A stretch of DNA of 64,000 bases, from contig NC_091977.1 in assembly GCF_044704955.1 (NCBI RefSeq), positions 510,818,001 through 510,882,000 on the forward strand. The letters run 5' to 3'. The translations under genes and the position numbers were made by a program. Position 1 is the first letter of the stretch; every line of letters begins with the position of its first letter. This document shows positions 49,979 to 63,532 of the stretch, piece by piece. The notes beneath the pieces are model-generated. The model searched no databases. It was not told where the DNA came from and saw only the letters and a program-made list of their open reading frames with translations. The DNA is from Pristiophorus japonicus (Eukaryota).

Positions 49979-52908
49979 AATCCTCAGACTCCCAGCTACC
50001 TGTCTTTCTCTAAATACTTGGCCAAATACCCTGACACCCTATCTCCCTCCCAAGTCTCAATTCCTTTCCCCCTAGTATCCATTTACACAGCCCAAACGCA
50101 CCACTCTTCCCAGTCCAGCTCACTAGCTATTTCTCCACCAGCAGATCCTGTTTCCAGAGCCCATACCTACCTGCCAGAAATGACCTCATTAACCCCCGAC
50201 CACCAATATTTTTCAATAACACACAAGGCGGGCACTAGCGGGGTGATGTCACCAAGCTGCAGGCAGTTTCTCTGCGGTGGCGGGCGATGACATTTCGGGG
50301 CAGGGGGCAGGCCTGCTGCTCTGGCAGGAAATTTAAAGGACCTCTTTATCACTGGGTACGTGGGCTGCAGTAGCGGGGAAATTTCTCTTCCTTTGCTGGA
50401 GACTCCAAGCAATTCTAGCTCTCCATCGTGGTCTCATTGATCGAGGCCATGTAGGCACCTCCAGACCCTGGGAGGCCCCTAATATTCCTACCCCTACTGC
50501 TAGGCTAGGCTAGGCTAGGTTAGGCCCAGACAGGGTGTAAGCCTGCATAGGGTAGCCCCAGGCCATTTAAATGGCCCAGGACAGGAACTCTTAAGTGCTC
50601 CTGGGGCTGGAAGGGTGCAGTGCACTTTTGTTTAGATCCCAGGGAGGGAAACATGATTATCCCTTATAATTCCCAAACATATAACCAAGTCATGAGGGAA
50701 TTTAGGTCATATTCGATATTGATATTAAGTAGATAAACAAATTAGACTAACCATATGAATGATGAAGTCAAAGAACCTAATTTTTGGTGATATTTATTCT
50801 ATTACATGTCTGGAATTATTTCTAACACTTGGACGAGATTTTCAATTGATGACACTATATCATTATGATGACAAATATAACTTTAATTTGTCGTTATTCC
50901 CCACAAAAGCTTACGGTAAACTGTATAAGCTTGGGAATGACTGTGAATGACATTATTGTATGGCCACTTAACTTGCATCAATTTTCTCTCTGTAGTTTTA
51001 ATGGAGTATGATAGTTGTATGCTAACGTAATGAATAGTAATTTCAATGCTTATAAGGGGGAGAAAAAAACCATGGGAAATAGAACCGTTGAAATTTTAGA
51101 ACAGAAGTAGGCCATTGAACTCATCATGCTTTTGCTGGTGCTGGCTCCAGATTGGAGCTATCTGCTCTCATCCATCTGACTTATACATTGACATTGAGCT
51201 GAGCAAATATTTCAAGACTAAAAAAAGTTGAGTCAGTGTCGTATGCCCATGTCAGTCAGATTCAATAAGGACTTTGTAACTTACTTTGTTTATACCGTGC
51301 ATGTAAAATTAAACTGTATGAGGAAAATGCACTTCAATTCTAGTTTAGGCTCCTGCCAGCTAGAGGCAGCACGGAAACTAATTAAGAACATAGAAAAAAA
51401 ATCAGTGATTCACATGGAACATTTGCCAGCTCATAGCGTATCACTCTAGTACATCGATGCCATCATAACGGGAGAGTTACTGTACCAGGCGGATGAGTTT
51501 TATTGAACAGAATTAGCCAATTCTCCTGTGACGCATGATTGAAAACTTTAAATATCGGAGTACATAATGTTCCAGACTCGGTGGTAAGTATGTGAACCGC
51601 CAAACTAAACAGGCTGAAAATTGAGTTCCGTAAAAGAGAATTTCAAAACGTTATGACAAATCATTTGCAAGGTTTCTATTTTTTTTAAATGTTTGATGTT
51701 TATGGAAATGTAAACGATGGTTTGTTATGTTTTTCAGTTTCTATGCTTATATATTTCCTTAGGTTGTGCACCACAGCTCTACAAACCAGAGTATTTCTTT
51801 ACCTGTCCAATAGCGAGCTAAATGTAGTGAGATCCAAGAGTCAGGCAGATAGCCATTGACGCTTATTAGAATATATCACATGCTTTAGTTGGCAGATAAA
51901 TGCCCATTCTATCAAAGCAAGGCTGAGCCAATAATCCACTGGACAAATTCATCGAGCATTAAACAGATAATGAAACATCCTCAATAAAAACAATGGGGCT
52001 GAAATTTCTGGGGCCAGAGAGGCCGCTAACTGGGCACTTCACCTGGTAGTGGGCCGGAATTAGGGGGACAGAACCTGGTTGAGGCCCTTGGAACAGCCCC
52101 AAAAGTTCTAAAGGAAATGGTAAAGACACAATAGATTGCCTTATTTCTGCAGGCCTACAAGGGCCCCTGATCCTTCTGTTTAAGTTTCAGATGGCCGCTA
52201 CAAAATATACCAGCAATACGGAATGGACGCCACTAAAGCATCTTTATTGGGCTTAGCTGCTTGTCTTAAAGATGCTAATGTAGCCCTCCCCACGCTTTGG
52301 GACATGGTCTACATCTTTCTCAGTGGCTGACTGGGAGTCCTACTTTGATACCTTTCTGGTAACAGAGCAGGCCTCCTATAACTTTGGGGCCTTATATTTC
52401 CGATAATTATAAACTTTATCAATTGCCCTTGGATTCAAAAACAACAAAAGTGTTTCCGCTGTGCTAACTCAACATAAAACTGACTCTTGAAACACAGATT
52501 TTTTTTAACCACTTACATAGCTGTAAACTACGACGGATTCACTGACCTGCCCTTTAGCTCTCATGGCTTTAGACTGACTACTGCCTTCATGCAACATCAC
52601 CTCAAATATAACTGCAAATTCTTTTGCAGATATCCCAGAACAAAAAGACCTTAATAATTGTATTTTTCAATGCTAAATTAGGTGGCCATCCATTTACATT
52701 CTGACTGCCATTTGTCCCCAGAATTACAGCTGCCAAATAAACTACTATAAATAGCTCCACAAGTTGTATTTGAATTTAATGGCTTGACCCATTGATATGT
52801 TCCAATAATGTGAATGACCAGTTGGACAGCAATTGACCTTATGCATATCAAACAGCGATTTACTTGTACTTCTTTCAATTTAGTATACTGTATTCGCTGC
52901 TCACGATG

Positions 52909-53800
52909 CATCATCATCATAGGCAGTCCCTCGGGATCGAGGAAGACTTGCTTCCACTCTTAGCATGAGTTCTTAGGTGGCTGTACAATCCAATACGAGA
53001 ACCACAGTCTCTGTCACAGGTGGGACAGATAGTCGTTGAAAGGGTGGGCAGGGAGCCTGGTTTGCTGCATGCTCCCTCCGCTGCCTGCGCTTGATTTCTG
53101 CACACTCTCGGCGACGATACTCGAGGAGATCAGCGCCCTCCCAAATGCACTTCCTCCACTTAGGGCGGTCTTTGGCCAGGAATTCCCAGGTGTCAGTGGG
53201 GATGTCACACTTTATCAGGGAGGCTTTGAGGGTGTCCTTGTAACACTTCCTCTGCCCGCCTTTGGCTCGTTTGTTGTAGACGAGTTCCGAGTAGAGCGCT
53301 TGCTTTGGGAGTACGTGTCTGGCATGCGAACTATGTCCTGCCCAGTGGAGCTGATCAAGTGTGGTCAGTGCTTCAATGCTGGGGATGTTGGCCTGGATGA
53401 GGACGCTAATGCTTGTGCATCTGTCCTCCCAAGGGATTTGCAGGATCTTACAGAGACATCGCTGGTGGTATTTCTCCAGCGACTTGAGGTGTCTACTGTA
53501 CGTGGTCCATATCTCTGAGCCACACAGGAGGGCGGGTATTATTACACCCTGTAGACCATGACCTTGGTGACAGTTTTGAGGGACTGGTCTTCAAACACTC
53601 TTTTCCTCAGGCGGCCGAAGGTTGCACTGGTGCACTGGAGGCGGTGTTGGATCTCTTGTTGATCGGAGGCTCCCGAGATAGGGGAAGTGATTCACGTTGT
53701 CCAGGGCCACGCCGTGGATCTTGGTGTCTGCGGGGCAGTGCTGTGTGGCGAGAACAGGCTGATGGAGGACCTTTGTCTTACTAATGTTTAGCGTAAGGCC
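52909..53800 (-). mobile_element. RTE LINE, 5'-truncated, inserted in the Penelope element
   Basis: (CAT)n tail, CPTCDRDCGSRIGLYSHLRTH, near-TSD tcacgatgca / tcatgatgca. Confidence 0.9.
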
Positions 53801-54353
53801 TCATGATGCATTGGGGAGCCCAAACGCAAATTGGGTGACCACTTTGCAGAACACATCCGTTCAGTCCACAAGTGTGACTCCCGAGCCTCCAGTCGCCTGT
53901 CACTTTAATTCTCCGCTTGACTCCCACTCTGATCTCTCTGTCCTCGGCCTCTTACACTGTTCCAACAAAGCTCAACGTAAGCTCGAGGAACAGCACCTCA
54001 TCTTTCGATTAGGTACTTTGTAGCCTTCTGGACTCAACATCGAGTTCAACAATTTCAGACCATAACCTCTGCCCCCATTTTTTTTTCTCTTTTTTTTCTT
54101 GTGTTTTTCTCTCTTTCCCATGGCAACTGTTGATGATTCTGCCATCTCTATTTAAACCTTATCTAAACTCATCTTTTGTTTCATAACTTGCACCGTTACC
54201 ATCTCCTTTTGCCTTGTACCATAATTCCCTTTGTCTCTTAATCCCTTCTGCCTTCCACCCTATCACAGACCTTCCCTTTTATTCATTCCTCCCCTCCCCC
54301 TTTCCCTGCCCCTCCACTTGCTTAAAAACCTGTTACATCTCTAACTTTTTTTC

Positions 54354-54395
54354 CAGTTCTGATGAAGGGTCATCGACCTGAAACGTTAACTCTGT
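54354..54395 (+). ncRNA. Minimal type I hammerhead ribozyme motif of the Penelope pLTR
   Basis: agtt-CTGATGA-a-gggtc atc gacct-GAAA-cgtta-act: intact core, stem II, palindromic stem III (aacgtt), short stem I. Confidence 0.72.
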
Positions 54396-54850
54396 TTCCA
54401 GTATTTCCAGCATTTTCTGTTTTTATTATGGATATCCCGAACAGCCCTTCCTCAGCTTGACCGGAGCTGTACGTATATCAGCCAGTGTGGAACATGTATC
54501 TCTGCAGCCTGCAGTCACAGATAGCAGTAATCAATTTCAATTGTGTATGTGTTATTATCAGCAAGAAAGGATCCAAAAGAAAACGTCATTTTTGTCACAA
54601 GGTCCAAAACCCTAATTGTTTCTTGTAGAGAGTAACAATTCAAAAAATAAATCTGATTTGGAGATTCCCAACATAATGAAACGTTAGGGATCCTTTACTT
54701 CCAAAGTGGGAACATTAGATGAAGTAGAGACAACTTAACCGAACAAAACTGCCAATTTTTGGTTGATTTCAGCCCCAACTCCCTGCCATTTCACTGCATC
54801 CCTTGATCGACGCTTTCTCTAGAAATATGCCAGTTGGGCCATCTATCCTT

Positions 54851-55123
54851 CATCATCATCATAAACAGTCCCTCGAAATCGAGGAAGATTTGCTTCTACT
54901 CAGGTGACTGTACAGTCCAATACGGGAATTACAGTCTCTGTCGCAGGTAGGACTGACAGTGGCTGAGGGAGGGGGTGGGTGGGGAGTCTGGTTTGCCGCA
55001 CGCTCCTTCCGCTGCCTGCGCATGATTTCTGCATGCTCTCGGCAACCAGACTCGAGGTGCTCAGCGCCCTCCCGGATGCTCTTCCTCTACTTAGGGTGGT
55101 CTTTGGCCAGGGACTCCCAAGTG
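54851..55123 (-). mobile_element. RTE LINE 3' end
   Basis: (CAT)n tail, 9-bp TSD TCTATCCTT. Confidence 0.88.
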
Positions 55124-55639
55124 TCTATCCTTACTGCGTCAATGGCCTTCCTTCATAACTGGTTAGCCCCAATTTAAACTGCAGAGGGGCCGAAGCAGGT
55201 GGCAAACCACCCGACCAGCTTGAGCCCCGGTAGATTTTAATTCTCGGGCTTCATTCAAATGTTGAAAGGCTGACTCCTCCCTGAACTCGGCCAGAATCGC
55301 GAGGAGGGCAATGGACAGCCGTGGGATTTCGGGCGGCAGGAGAATGCCACCAGGGACCAGAGAGTTGGTCCATTGCATATTACATAGGTGTCGGAGGTGG
55401 GGAAGGGAGCGGAGGGGGGCGAGTGGATCATGAGATGATTGCAGGAAGGTGAGGGAAGCAGAAGATTCCCAAAGTTTCCTTGTGGGGCCCGGAGGAGCAC
55501 TTCCTGACCAACAAGGAAGCCTTCAGAAAATTGAAAATGATAAATTACCTGAGTCTCTTCTGACCACGATGCTGGCAGGCTTCACTGGTGGGCAAAGCAC
55601 CGAACATCACTTCCCCTCGTGGGAGAATCTAAAACTAGC

Positions 55640-55920
55640 AGGCATAGTTTCCGAATAAGGGGTCGCCCATTTAAGACAAAGATGAGGAGGAACTTCTTCT
55701 CCCAGAGGGTCGTGAATCTTTGAAAGCTGTGGAGGCTGAGTCATTGAATATATCCAATATATTCAAGGCTGAGATAGGCAGATTCTTGAACTATAGGGGA
55801 GTCAAGGATTATGGGGAACAGGGAAGTGGAGTTGAGGCCAAGGTCAGATCAGCCATGATCTTACTGAGCAGGCTCGAGGGGCCGTATGGCCTATTCCTGC
55901 TCCTATTTCTTATGTTCTTT
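55640..55920 (+). mobile_element. CR1 3' end within a GC-rich MITE-like tract
   Basis: gaataaggggtcgcccatttaagacaaagatgaggaggaac...tttcttatgttc. Confidence 0.8.
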
Positions 55921-56337
55921 TGTCACTGCCGTGATTGGCAGTTGAGTTCGGGTTGGGGTCCGAATGACGTCATCAGACTCCAAGGTTTAAATTTACCTGA
56001 GTCTCCTGCCTACATGCAGTGGCAGCCCTGGCACTGAGGTTAAAATGGCGGCGGGCACAAACGTGTCGGAAATGCAGCGTTATGCATCCCACCACCATTT
56101 TACTCCCCTGCCCAACCCATTGCCGCCGGGCCAACGTTTGTGTAAAATAGTTCTATCTAAAATTCCTATTTACTCCCAAGGGATAAATTAATCAAACCCG
56201 CACTCCTAGCAAATGGAGCTGAGTTTGGACCACCAGTGCTACACTGTTATGCAGCTCTATCTCCAACCATCATTCATTTTGAGGACTGTACCCTGCTGGG
56301 GAGGCAGGTTTAGTGGATTTGCCCTCTAATTTCCATT

Positions 56338-56962
56338 GGGTGGAAACTTGGTCACCCCTCAGTTGGGGCGGTGTCCCGGGCAGTAAATTTTGTGCCAGCA
56401 AATGGTTTGCGTCTGCCGCCGCAAAATTCCTCAGCTGAGCCTGGAGTTTGGAGCCGGGCGCTAAGGGAGGCGTTGCACTCCTCTTTTAGCGCGCTAGGCC
56501 GGCTGAGCAAGGGAAGATCCCAAGCTAAACAGCCAGCCTCGGAGCGCCATAACAGAGGCCTGGAGAAAAAGAGAACCTGAAAAGAAAACACCAAAAACAT
56601 TCCTAATCAATAGCTCACGCCACCACAACATATATCGCAAAAGAAAGATGTTTGTAAAACAATCACACTTACCCGAGGTTGGCATTACTTACCTCACTGC
56701 GACCACTGCAGCTTGGAACGCCTGCTTTCACGGAGCACTACGGGTCGCGCGGCAGCCAAAAATGGAGCCGGTGTCTCAACCAGGGGCATCGCACACTGGC
56801 TCGCCTCTCCTGGGCGGTACTGCTCCGCGCCCCGTCGATACTGGCACCGAATGTCGCCCGGCAGGGCGCTGGGAGCTGGGCGCCCGGGCGCAGCTGTTTT
56901 CCGCCCCCATTGCCGCTCTTCCGGGGCGCTAAGAGGGGAGGCAGAAGTTCGAATTTCCACCC
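56338..56962. mobile_element. PIF/Harbinger-type MITE
   Basis: TIR gggtggaaa / tttccaccc, near-TSD ATT/ACT, GC-rich interior. Confidence 0.7.
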
Positions 56963-58538
56963 ACTTATATTTAAATGACATCCCGAGATGTACTTTGTCA
57001 ATATGAACAATTCGGTTGAACTTTATTAATCCTCTTTAGAATTCTAAGGACTTCTGCTATATCAGCCCTGAGGCTCTTTGCAACATAACAAAGCCCAGCT
57101 TTCATAACCGCTCCTTATAACTTAGATTGCTGAGACATGTCCTTACTCAACACTGCCCCTTCTCAAGGGCAATAAATGGTCTGTATCGGTCATAGTCACT
57201 CGTAAATCTCATGGACATGGCTCTATTTTGTGGAGGTATTTGCATTAGAGGACACCAAACAAGCAAGTGAGGACATCAGTAACCTAAGTACCTGACATTG
57301 TTCTGTTTTATATCCTTGACATACAGCATGACGGATAATCTGTGTGGAGTATGAAATTAGCTAGTATATCATGTTGGTATAGTTGCAGTTTGCCAGCAGA
57401 TTAATAGAGGTCAGGAGTTTGGGATCCTATAAATTTATGGGATAAGTATTACAGATAGTATAAACATTAACAGACCCATTAAACCAAGAAGCCAGCAATT
57501 TTAAACCATTTAGATATGTCCAATCGCTAACCAAATAAGGCTAGAAATGACTGTGGCTGATATTAGCAAACAAACATTTCATGTGTTTGTATGACAGTCT
57601 TTTGCCCGTTATTTCAACTGAGACATTAACTTGTTTATTTTAAATGTGTTAAGCTATCATCTGCAAATATTTTCAACTGCAGTTTCTAGCCTATAGTTGG
57701 AGATTGCTGCAAATATTTAAACTTTTAGTTGAAAGCTTAATTATTTGCTGTAAAGGTAAAAGTGACCACTTTTAAACACCCAGATGTCCAAAATTAAAAA
57801 CAAATTCATTTAGGAAGAGCCCAGCAAATGTAAATCACTTGCATAAAATCAGACACGCAGTCTCCATCGTCTGGCACCGCACTGCCTAAGTAGGTGAAAG
57901 AATGCGTGGTCATTCACTTTCCGGTTGTATTTCTTTGTCAAAGTCAACATTAGAAACATAGAAACATAGAAAATAGGTGCAGGAGGAGGCCATTCGGCCC
58001 TTCGAGCCTGCACCGCCATAACGGTCATAAGCTGGGTTTTTGCACCATTGATTATAACTCAACTTTTCTGGCTGCGTGCACGAGATTGTTTGTCTATCTT
58101 TGCGTGTCCTCTATATCCTTATTAATGAGGTGTATGTCTTCTGCAAATTCTAGATCCCCAATCTCACCATTGGTCCATGCAATGCCTGATTTAATACTAG
58201 GTCTCATCACAAAATCAGTCACAGTGCCAAGAAGTGTATGAGACAAGAATCAGCCTTGTGTGACACCAGTTATTAATTAAACCCATCGGATGGCTTACTG
58301 TCTTACAACACACTGTGCTTCTTGATGCAGCATCTTGATGATGCTAAAAGACTCCCCAGGTAACCCATATACTTTCTGCAATAGTGAATTTTTGTCAACA
58401 CTGCTGTTAGATGGCTTCTGAAAGTCAACAAAATTCAGCACCACTGGTAACTGCCATTCTTTGCTTTGCTCAAAGATCTTACAAAGAGTGAAGATCTAGT
58501 CATCTGTTCTGGCAAAAAAACAGCTTGCTCTTCTTGGA

Positions 58539-58626
58539 TGAAAACAGAAAATGCTGGAAATCTCAGTAGGTCAGGCAGCATCTGTGGAGAGAACCAGAGT
58601 TAAGCTTTCGGGTCTGTGACCCTTCG
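58539..58626 (-). mobile_element. Penelope pLTR fragment with a truncated hammerhead
   Basis: Reverse complement reads ..gacga agggtc aca gaccc gaaa gctta act..ccagcattttctgtttt; flanked by a TCTTCTTGGA duplication. Confidence 0.65.
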
Positions 58627-59914
58627 TCTTCTTGGACTTTACCTTCAGTGACATTTGATAATGGTACAGAAGAGTAATGTATTACCACGCTACTTGATAC
58701 AATCTCTTCTGCCCCACATCTTGGGCAGCTTGACATTGATTTGTTTTGTCCACACTTGTTTTGCTCGATATCGGATGGTAATCACGTTTTCATCTCCACT
58801 TTCTTTGATGCTCTCTGGGTGACTTATTCTTCTTTAAGTTAACAATGGCAGATCTCAGTTCATGCAATTTCATTATGACATCCAGGTCATCCACCTTCTC
58901 AATAGAGTTCAAGTCAATCTTGTAATTAAATTAATTACCTTCTCATATATGTCACTTTGGTCTGCAGTGCCAAAGTGACATATCATCGCAATTTCTGAGC
59001 CTGCACTTTCACGATGCCGTTGATATAAAAGTTGCCTGAATGGTTCCAAAGTTTCTAACAGAGGATTAAGGCGAGGAGTCAACAAGAGGTTCACCACCAC
59101 CTTCTTAAGGGCAATCAGGGATGGAAAATAAATGCTGACCTTGCCAACGACGCCCACATCCCGTGAATGAATAAATAAAAAAAAGACTGTTAACGTAGTG
59201 TAATTTTGTGTAACTTTTCAGGAGAGGGGAATGAGCAGGTCAACGGAAAAATTGTGTATTAACTGATCCCTGGCCTAGTTGCATTGGCCACAACTTCACC
59301 TTTACCCAAATCTTCCTCGACAAGTGTTAACAGTTGCTGTTACTCTGCCTGCTTTAAGTGTGATCCTCTCCATATTGCTATGTTCGACAACATGCAGCAC
59401 ACAACAATGTTGCGGGAGACTTTGTCTGGGGCATATCGTAGGCAGCTTCCAGAGCTAGCCAGGCACCTGAAAGTTATGCTTCAATAGCCCAATTAGCGTG
59501 CTCAATATATTTTCCATATAGTTTCGTACCGGGGCCCCACAAGGACATATGCCAATAGCAATTGGCCCAAGAGCCATCGAATGCTGTTTAAAAATGGGGC
59601 TCACCAGCAGAGGAGCAACAGGTAAAGGAATTTGAGGCTTTTATATCTTTAGCCAAATGGTCCAGTATCCCCCTCCCAACAGAGCGGCAAGGTTTTACTA
59701 TGAAATTCTTCTGGGTCCATGGCAGCGAGGTACACACCCCAATGGTATGAATGGTGCCCACCCCAAGATATTTAATTACCCCCCCCCCCCATCTCCAGGA
59801 TTCGTGATAGGGTAAAGGTGAGGGTAGACAGGCAAGTAGAAGCCTCCCCTCACCCCCTCTGCATTTTACACCGCCAGAATTTCTGGGCCATCTCCTCTAT
59901 CACTAACTGTAGAT

Positions 59915-61370
59915 TGGTCAAACTCTCACTTTTGAGTCCAAAGGGTGGGCTCAAGCCTCATGCCAGTTCCTGAGTATCTAATCTAGGCTGATACTTCAGT
60001 GCCATCCTTGGATGGGATACTATCCAAGGCCCTTTCAGTTAAATATAAAGGATCCCAGACACTATTTGAAGAGCAAAGACTTAGAAACATAGAAACATAG
60101 AAAATAGGTGCAGGAGTAGGCCATTCGGCCCTTCTAGCCTGCACCGCCATTCAATGAGTTCATGGCTGAACATGCAACTTCAGTACCCCATTCCTGCTTT
60201 CTCACCATACCCCTTGATTCCCCTAGTAGTAAGGACTTCATCTAACTCCTTTTTGAATATATTTAGTGAATTGGCCTCAACAACTTTCTGTGGTAGAGAA
60301 TTCCACAGGTTCACCACTCTCTGGGTGAAGAAATTCCTCCTCATCTCGGTCCTAAATGGCTTCCCCCTTATCCTTAGACTGTGTCCCCTGGTTCTGGACT
60401 TCCCCAACATTGGGAACATTCTTCCTGCATCTAACCTGTCTAACCCCGTCAGAATTTTAAACGTTTCTATGAGGTCCCCTCTCATTCTTCTGAACTCCAG
60501 TGAATACAAGCCCAGTTGATCCAGTCTTTCTTGATAAGTCAGTCCCGCCATCCCGGGAATCAGTCTGGTGAACCTTCGCTGCACTCCCTCAATAGCAAGA
60601 ATGTCCTTCCTCAGGTTAGGAGACCAAAACTGTACACAATACTCCAGGTGTGGCCTCACCAAGGCCCTGTACAATTGTAGCAACACCTCCCTGCCCTTGT
60701 ACTCAAATCCCCTCGATATGAAGGCCAACATGCCATTTGCTTTCTTAACCGCCTGCTGTACCTGCATGCCAACCTTCAATGACTGATGTACCATGACACC
60801 CAGGTCTCTTTGCACCTGCCCTTTTCCTAATCTGTCACCATTCAGATAATAGTCTGTCTCTCTGTTTTTACCACCAAAGTGGATAACCTCACATTTATCC
60901 ACATTATACTTCATCTGCCATGCATTTGCCCACTCACCTAACCTATCCAAGTCGCTCTGCAGCCTCATAGAATCCTCCTTGCAGCTCACACTGCCACCCA
61001 ACTTAGTGTCATCCGCAAATTTGGAGATACTACATTTAATCCCCTCGTCTAAATCATTAATGTACAGTGTAAACAGCTGGGGCCCCAGCACAGAACCATG
61101 CGGTACCCCACTAGTCACTGCCTGCCATTCTGAAAAGTCCCCATTTACTCCTACTCTTTGCTTCCTGTCTGCCAACCAGTTCTCAATCCATGTCAGCACA
61201 CTACCCCCAATCCCATGTGTTTTAACTTTGCACATTAATCTCTTGTCTCCAATGAGCTGGCCAACCTTCATCCCTCAACCAACATCATTAAAACAGATTA
61301 AATTGTCATTAATCTCATTGCTGTTTGTAGGACCACGCTCTGTGCAAGTTGCCCAACATGTTTGTCTACA
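59915..61370 (+). mobile_element. Degenerate Deu-domain SINE split by a CR1
   Basis: 59915-60078 and 61250-61370 align with the two halves of 1030-1442. Confidence 0.55.
60083..61243 (-). mobile_element. Young 5'-truncated CR1 LINE with an open RT C-terminal frame
   Basis: ORF 60180-61271 with FADDTK; (TTTCTATG)n tail. Confidence 0.95.
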
Positions 61371-61881
61371 AAAGAACTGTTCCATTTCCTTTCCTTCCAC
61401 TCGCACCTCTGAAGTCCAATGCAGGGAGGTAATTTGCTTTTTTTCATTCAACTATCTCAGCCTCCACCCACCCTATAAACTCTCCCAAATCAGTTGTCTA
61501 CACCAGCCTCCACCAACCCTCCAGCTTAGCCTGACCCCACAACATCCTGTAACTTCTCCACGATATTCCATCCTGCCCTAGGTTGATAGCTTCAACTTTG
61601 CCCTCTCAACTCCAACCCCTAACCCAGCTCTTAATAGCTCCACTGCCTATCCTCGGCCCAATTCTCACCAATAATTTCAACTGTTGCCTTTCCTCAGACA
61701 TTGTTCGCTCATGTCATCACTCCTTCCTGAAAAAGCACACACTAGTCCACTTCATCCTGATGGTTTGGTTGAAGTAGATTGAGAATGATATTGAGGGGTA
61801 TAAAACCGGCGTTCCACCAGATCCTGTCAATTTCCCGATAGGTGGGTGAGTTAACATGACCCCCATAGCACTTTTTCATTT

Positions 61882-62747
61882 CATCATCATCATAGGCAGT
61901 CCCTCGGAATCGAGGAAGATTTCCACTCCTGAAGTGAGTTCTTTGGTGGCTGAACAGTCCAATACGAGAGCCACAGATTCTGTCACAGGTGGGACAGTCG
62001 TTGAGGGAAGGGGTGGATGGGACTGGTCTGCCGCATGCTCTTTCCGCTGCCTGCGCTTGATTTCTGCACACTCTTGGCGTTGAGACTCGAAGTGCTCAGC
62101 GCCCTCCAAGGTGCACTTTCTCCACTTAGGGCGGTCTTTGGCCAGAGACTTCCAGGTGTCAGTGGGGATGACGCATTTTATCAGGGAGGCTTTGAGGGTG
62201 TCCTTGTAACGTTTCCGCTGCCCACCTTTGGCTCATTTGCCGTGAAGGAGCTTCGCATAGAGCACTTGCTTTCCAAGTCTCGTGTCTGGTATGCGAACTA
62301 TGTGGCCTGCCCAGCAGAGCTGATCGAGTGTGGTCATTGTGTCAATATTGGGGATGTTGGCCTGGACGAGGACGCTGATGTTGGTGCACCTGTCCTCCCA
62401 GGGGATTTGTAGGATCCTTGCCGCACAGCACTGCCCCCCAGTCATCAAGATCCACGGCGCGCCCCTCGACAAAGTGGACCATTTCTCATACCTCGGGAGC
62501 CTCTTATCAACAAAAGCAGACATTGATGAGGCGCTTCAACACTGCCTCCAGTGCGCCAGTGCAGCCTTCGGCTGCCTGAGGAAAAGAGTGTTCGAAGACT
62601 AGGCCGTCTAATCGACCATCAAGCTCATGGTCTACAGGGCTGTAGTAAAACCCTCCCTCCTGTATGGGTCAGAGGCATGGACCATGTACAGTAGACACCT
62701 CAAGTCGCTGGAGATATATCACCAATGATGTCTCCGCAAGATCCTAC
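61882..62747 (-). mobile_element. RTE LINE with an inverted 5' segment
   Basis: 61882-62417 is minus strand with a (CAT)n tail; 62418-62747 is the adjacent upstream RT sequence on the plus strand. Confidence 0.85.
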
Positions 62748-62829
62748 TTCTTCAATTACCTTGTTCTTTCACCTACTTTTCATTTATGATGATCTCCACT
62801 ATGAGGTTTGGTTCTTAACTTGGGTTTCT

Positions 62830-63320
62830 TTTTTTTAATTTATTCGTTCGTGGGCATCGCTGGCAAGACCGGCATTTATTGCCCATCACTAATTGCCCTC
62901 GAGAAGGTAGTGGTGAGCCCCCTTCTTGAACCGCTACAGTCCGTGTGGTGAAGGTACTCCCACAGTGCTGACTTTGTCGTAGTGGTTTAGTACAACTGAG
63001 TGGCTTGCCAGGCCATTTCAGAGGGCAGTTAAGAGTCAACCACATTGTTGTGGGTCTGGAGTCACATGTGGGCCAGACCAGGTAAGGACGGCAGATTTCC
63101 TTCCCTAAAGGACATTAGTGAACCAGATGGCTTTTTAACAACAATCTGGTAGTTTTATGGTCACCATTACTGATACTAGCTATTTAATTCCAAATGTAAT
63201 TAATTAACTGAATTTAGATTCCACAGCTGCCACATGGGATTTAAACGCACGTCTCTAGATCATTAGTCTAAGTCTCTTGATTACTAGTCCAGTAATATAA
63301 CCACTATGCTACCGTACCCG
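62830..63320 (-). mobile_element. Meta-domain-type tRNA SINE, full length
   Basis: tRNA-like head, shared core, tail matching the 3' end of the LINE at 46020-46162. Confidence 0.82.
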
Positions 63321-63532
63321 TATCTGAACCATTAACTCATCTTTTCCTTTCAGACTGACCTATATTTCATTTTCTGTTTGTATTGTAGGAAAAGAAAAGT
63401 GCTGTTTTATTGCCCATTGACAGTACTCACCATACCTACCTTCTCCTCAAATAAATATAGTCAAGTCACATTTTCAAGACTGCACTATTTTGACATTAAG
63501 ACCATGATGTGTTTTTTTGTCTTCGCCCGTAG

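Larger units (their letters stand above)
52840..54427 (+). mobile_element. Penelope-like element 3' part (GIY-YIG endonuclease + pLTR), interrupted by an RTE
   Basis: KQRFTCTSFNLVYCIRCSRC | IGEPKRKLGDHFAEHIRSV..PVACHFNS..RKLEEQHLIFRLGTL..GLNIEFNNF. Confidence 0.85.

Noticed and set aside
49317-50290. Pro/Ser/Gly-Arg repeat ORFs (RDTQSSSP, TPNPPLP, GEEDWVSR)
   Set aside because: Translation artefacts of the 24-bp minisatellite, open in several frames
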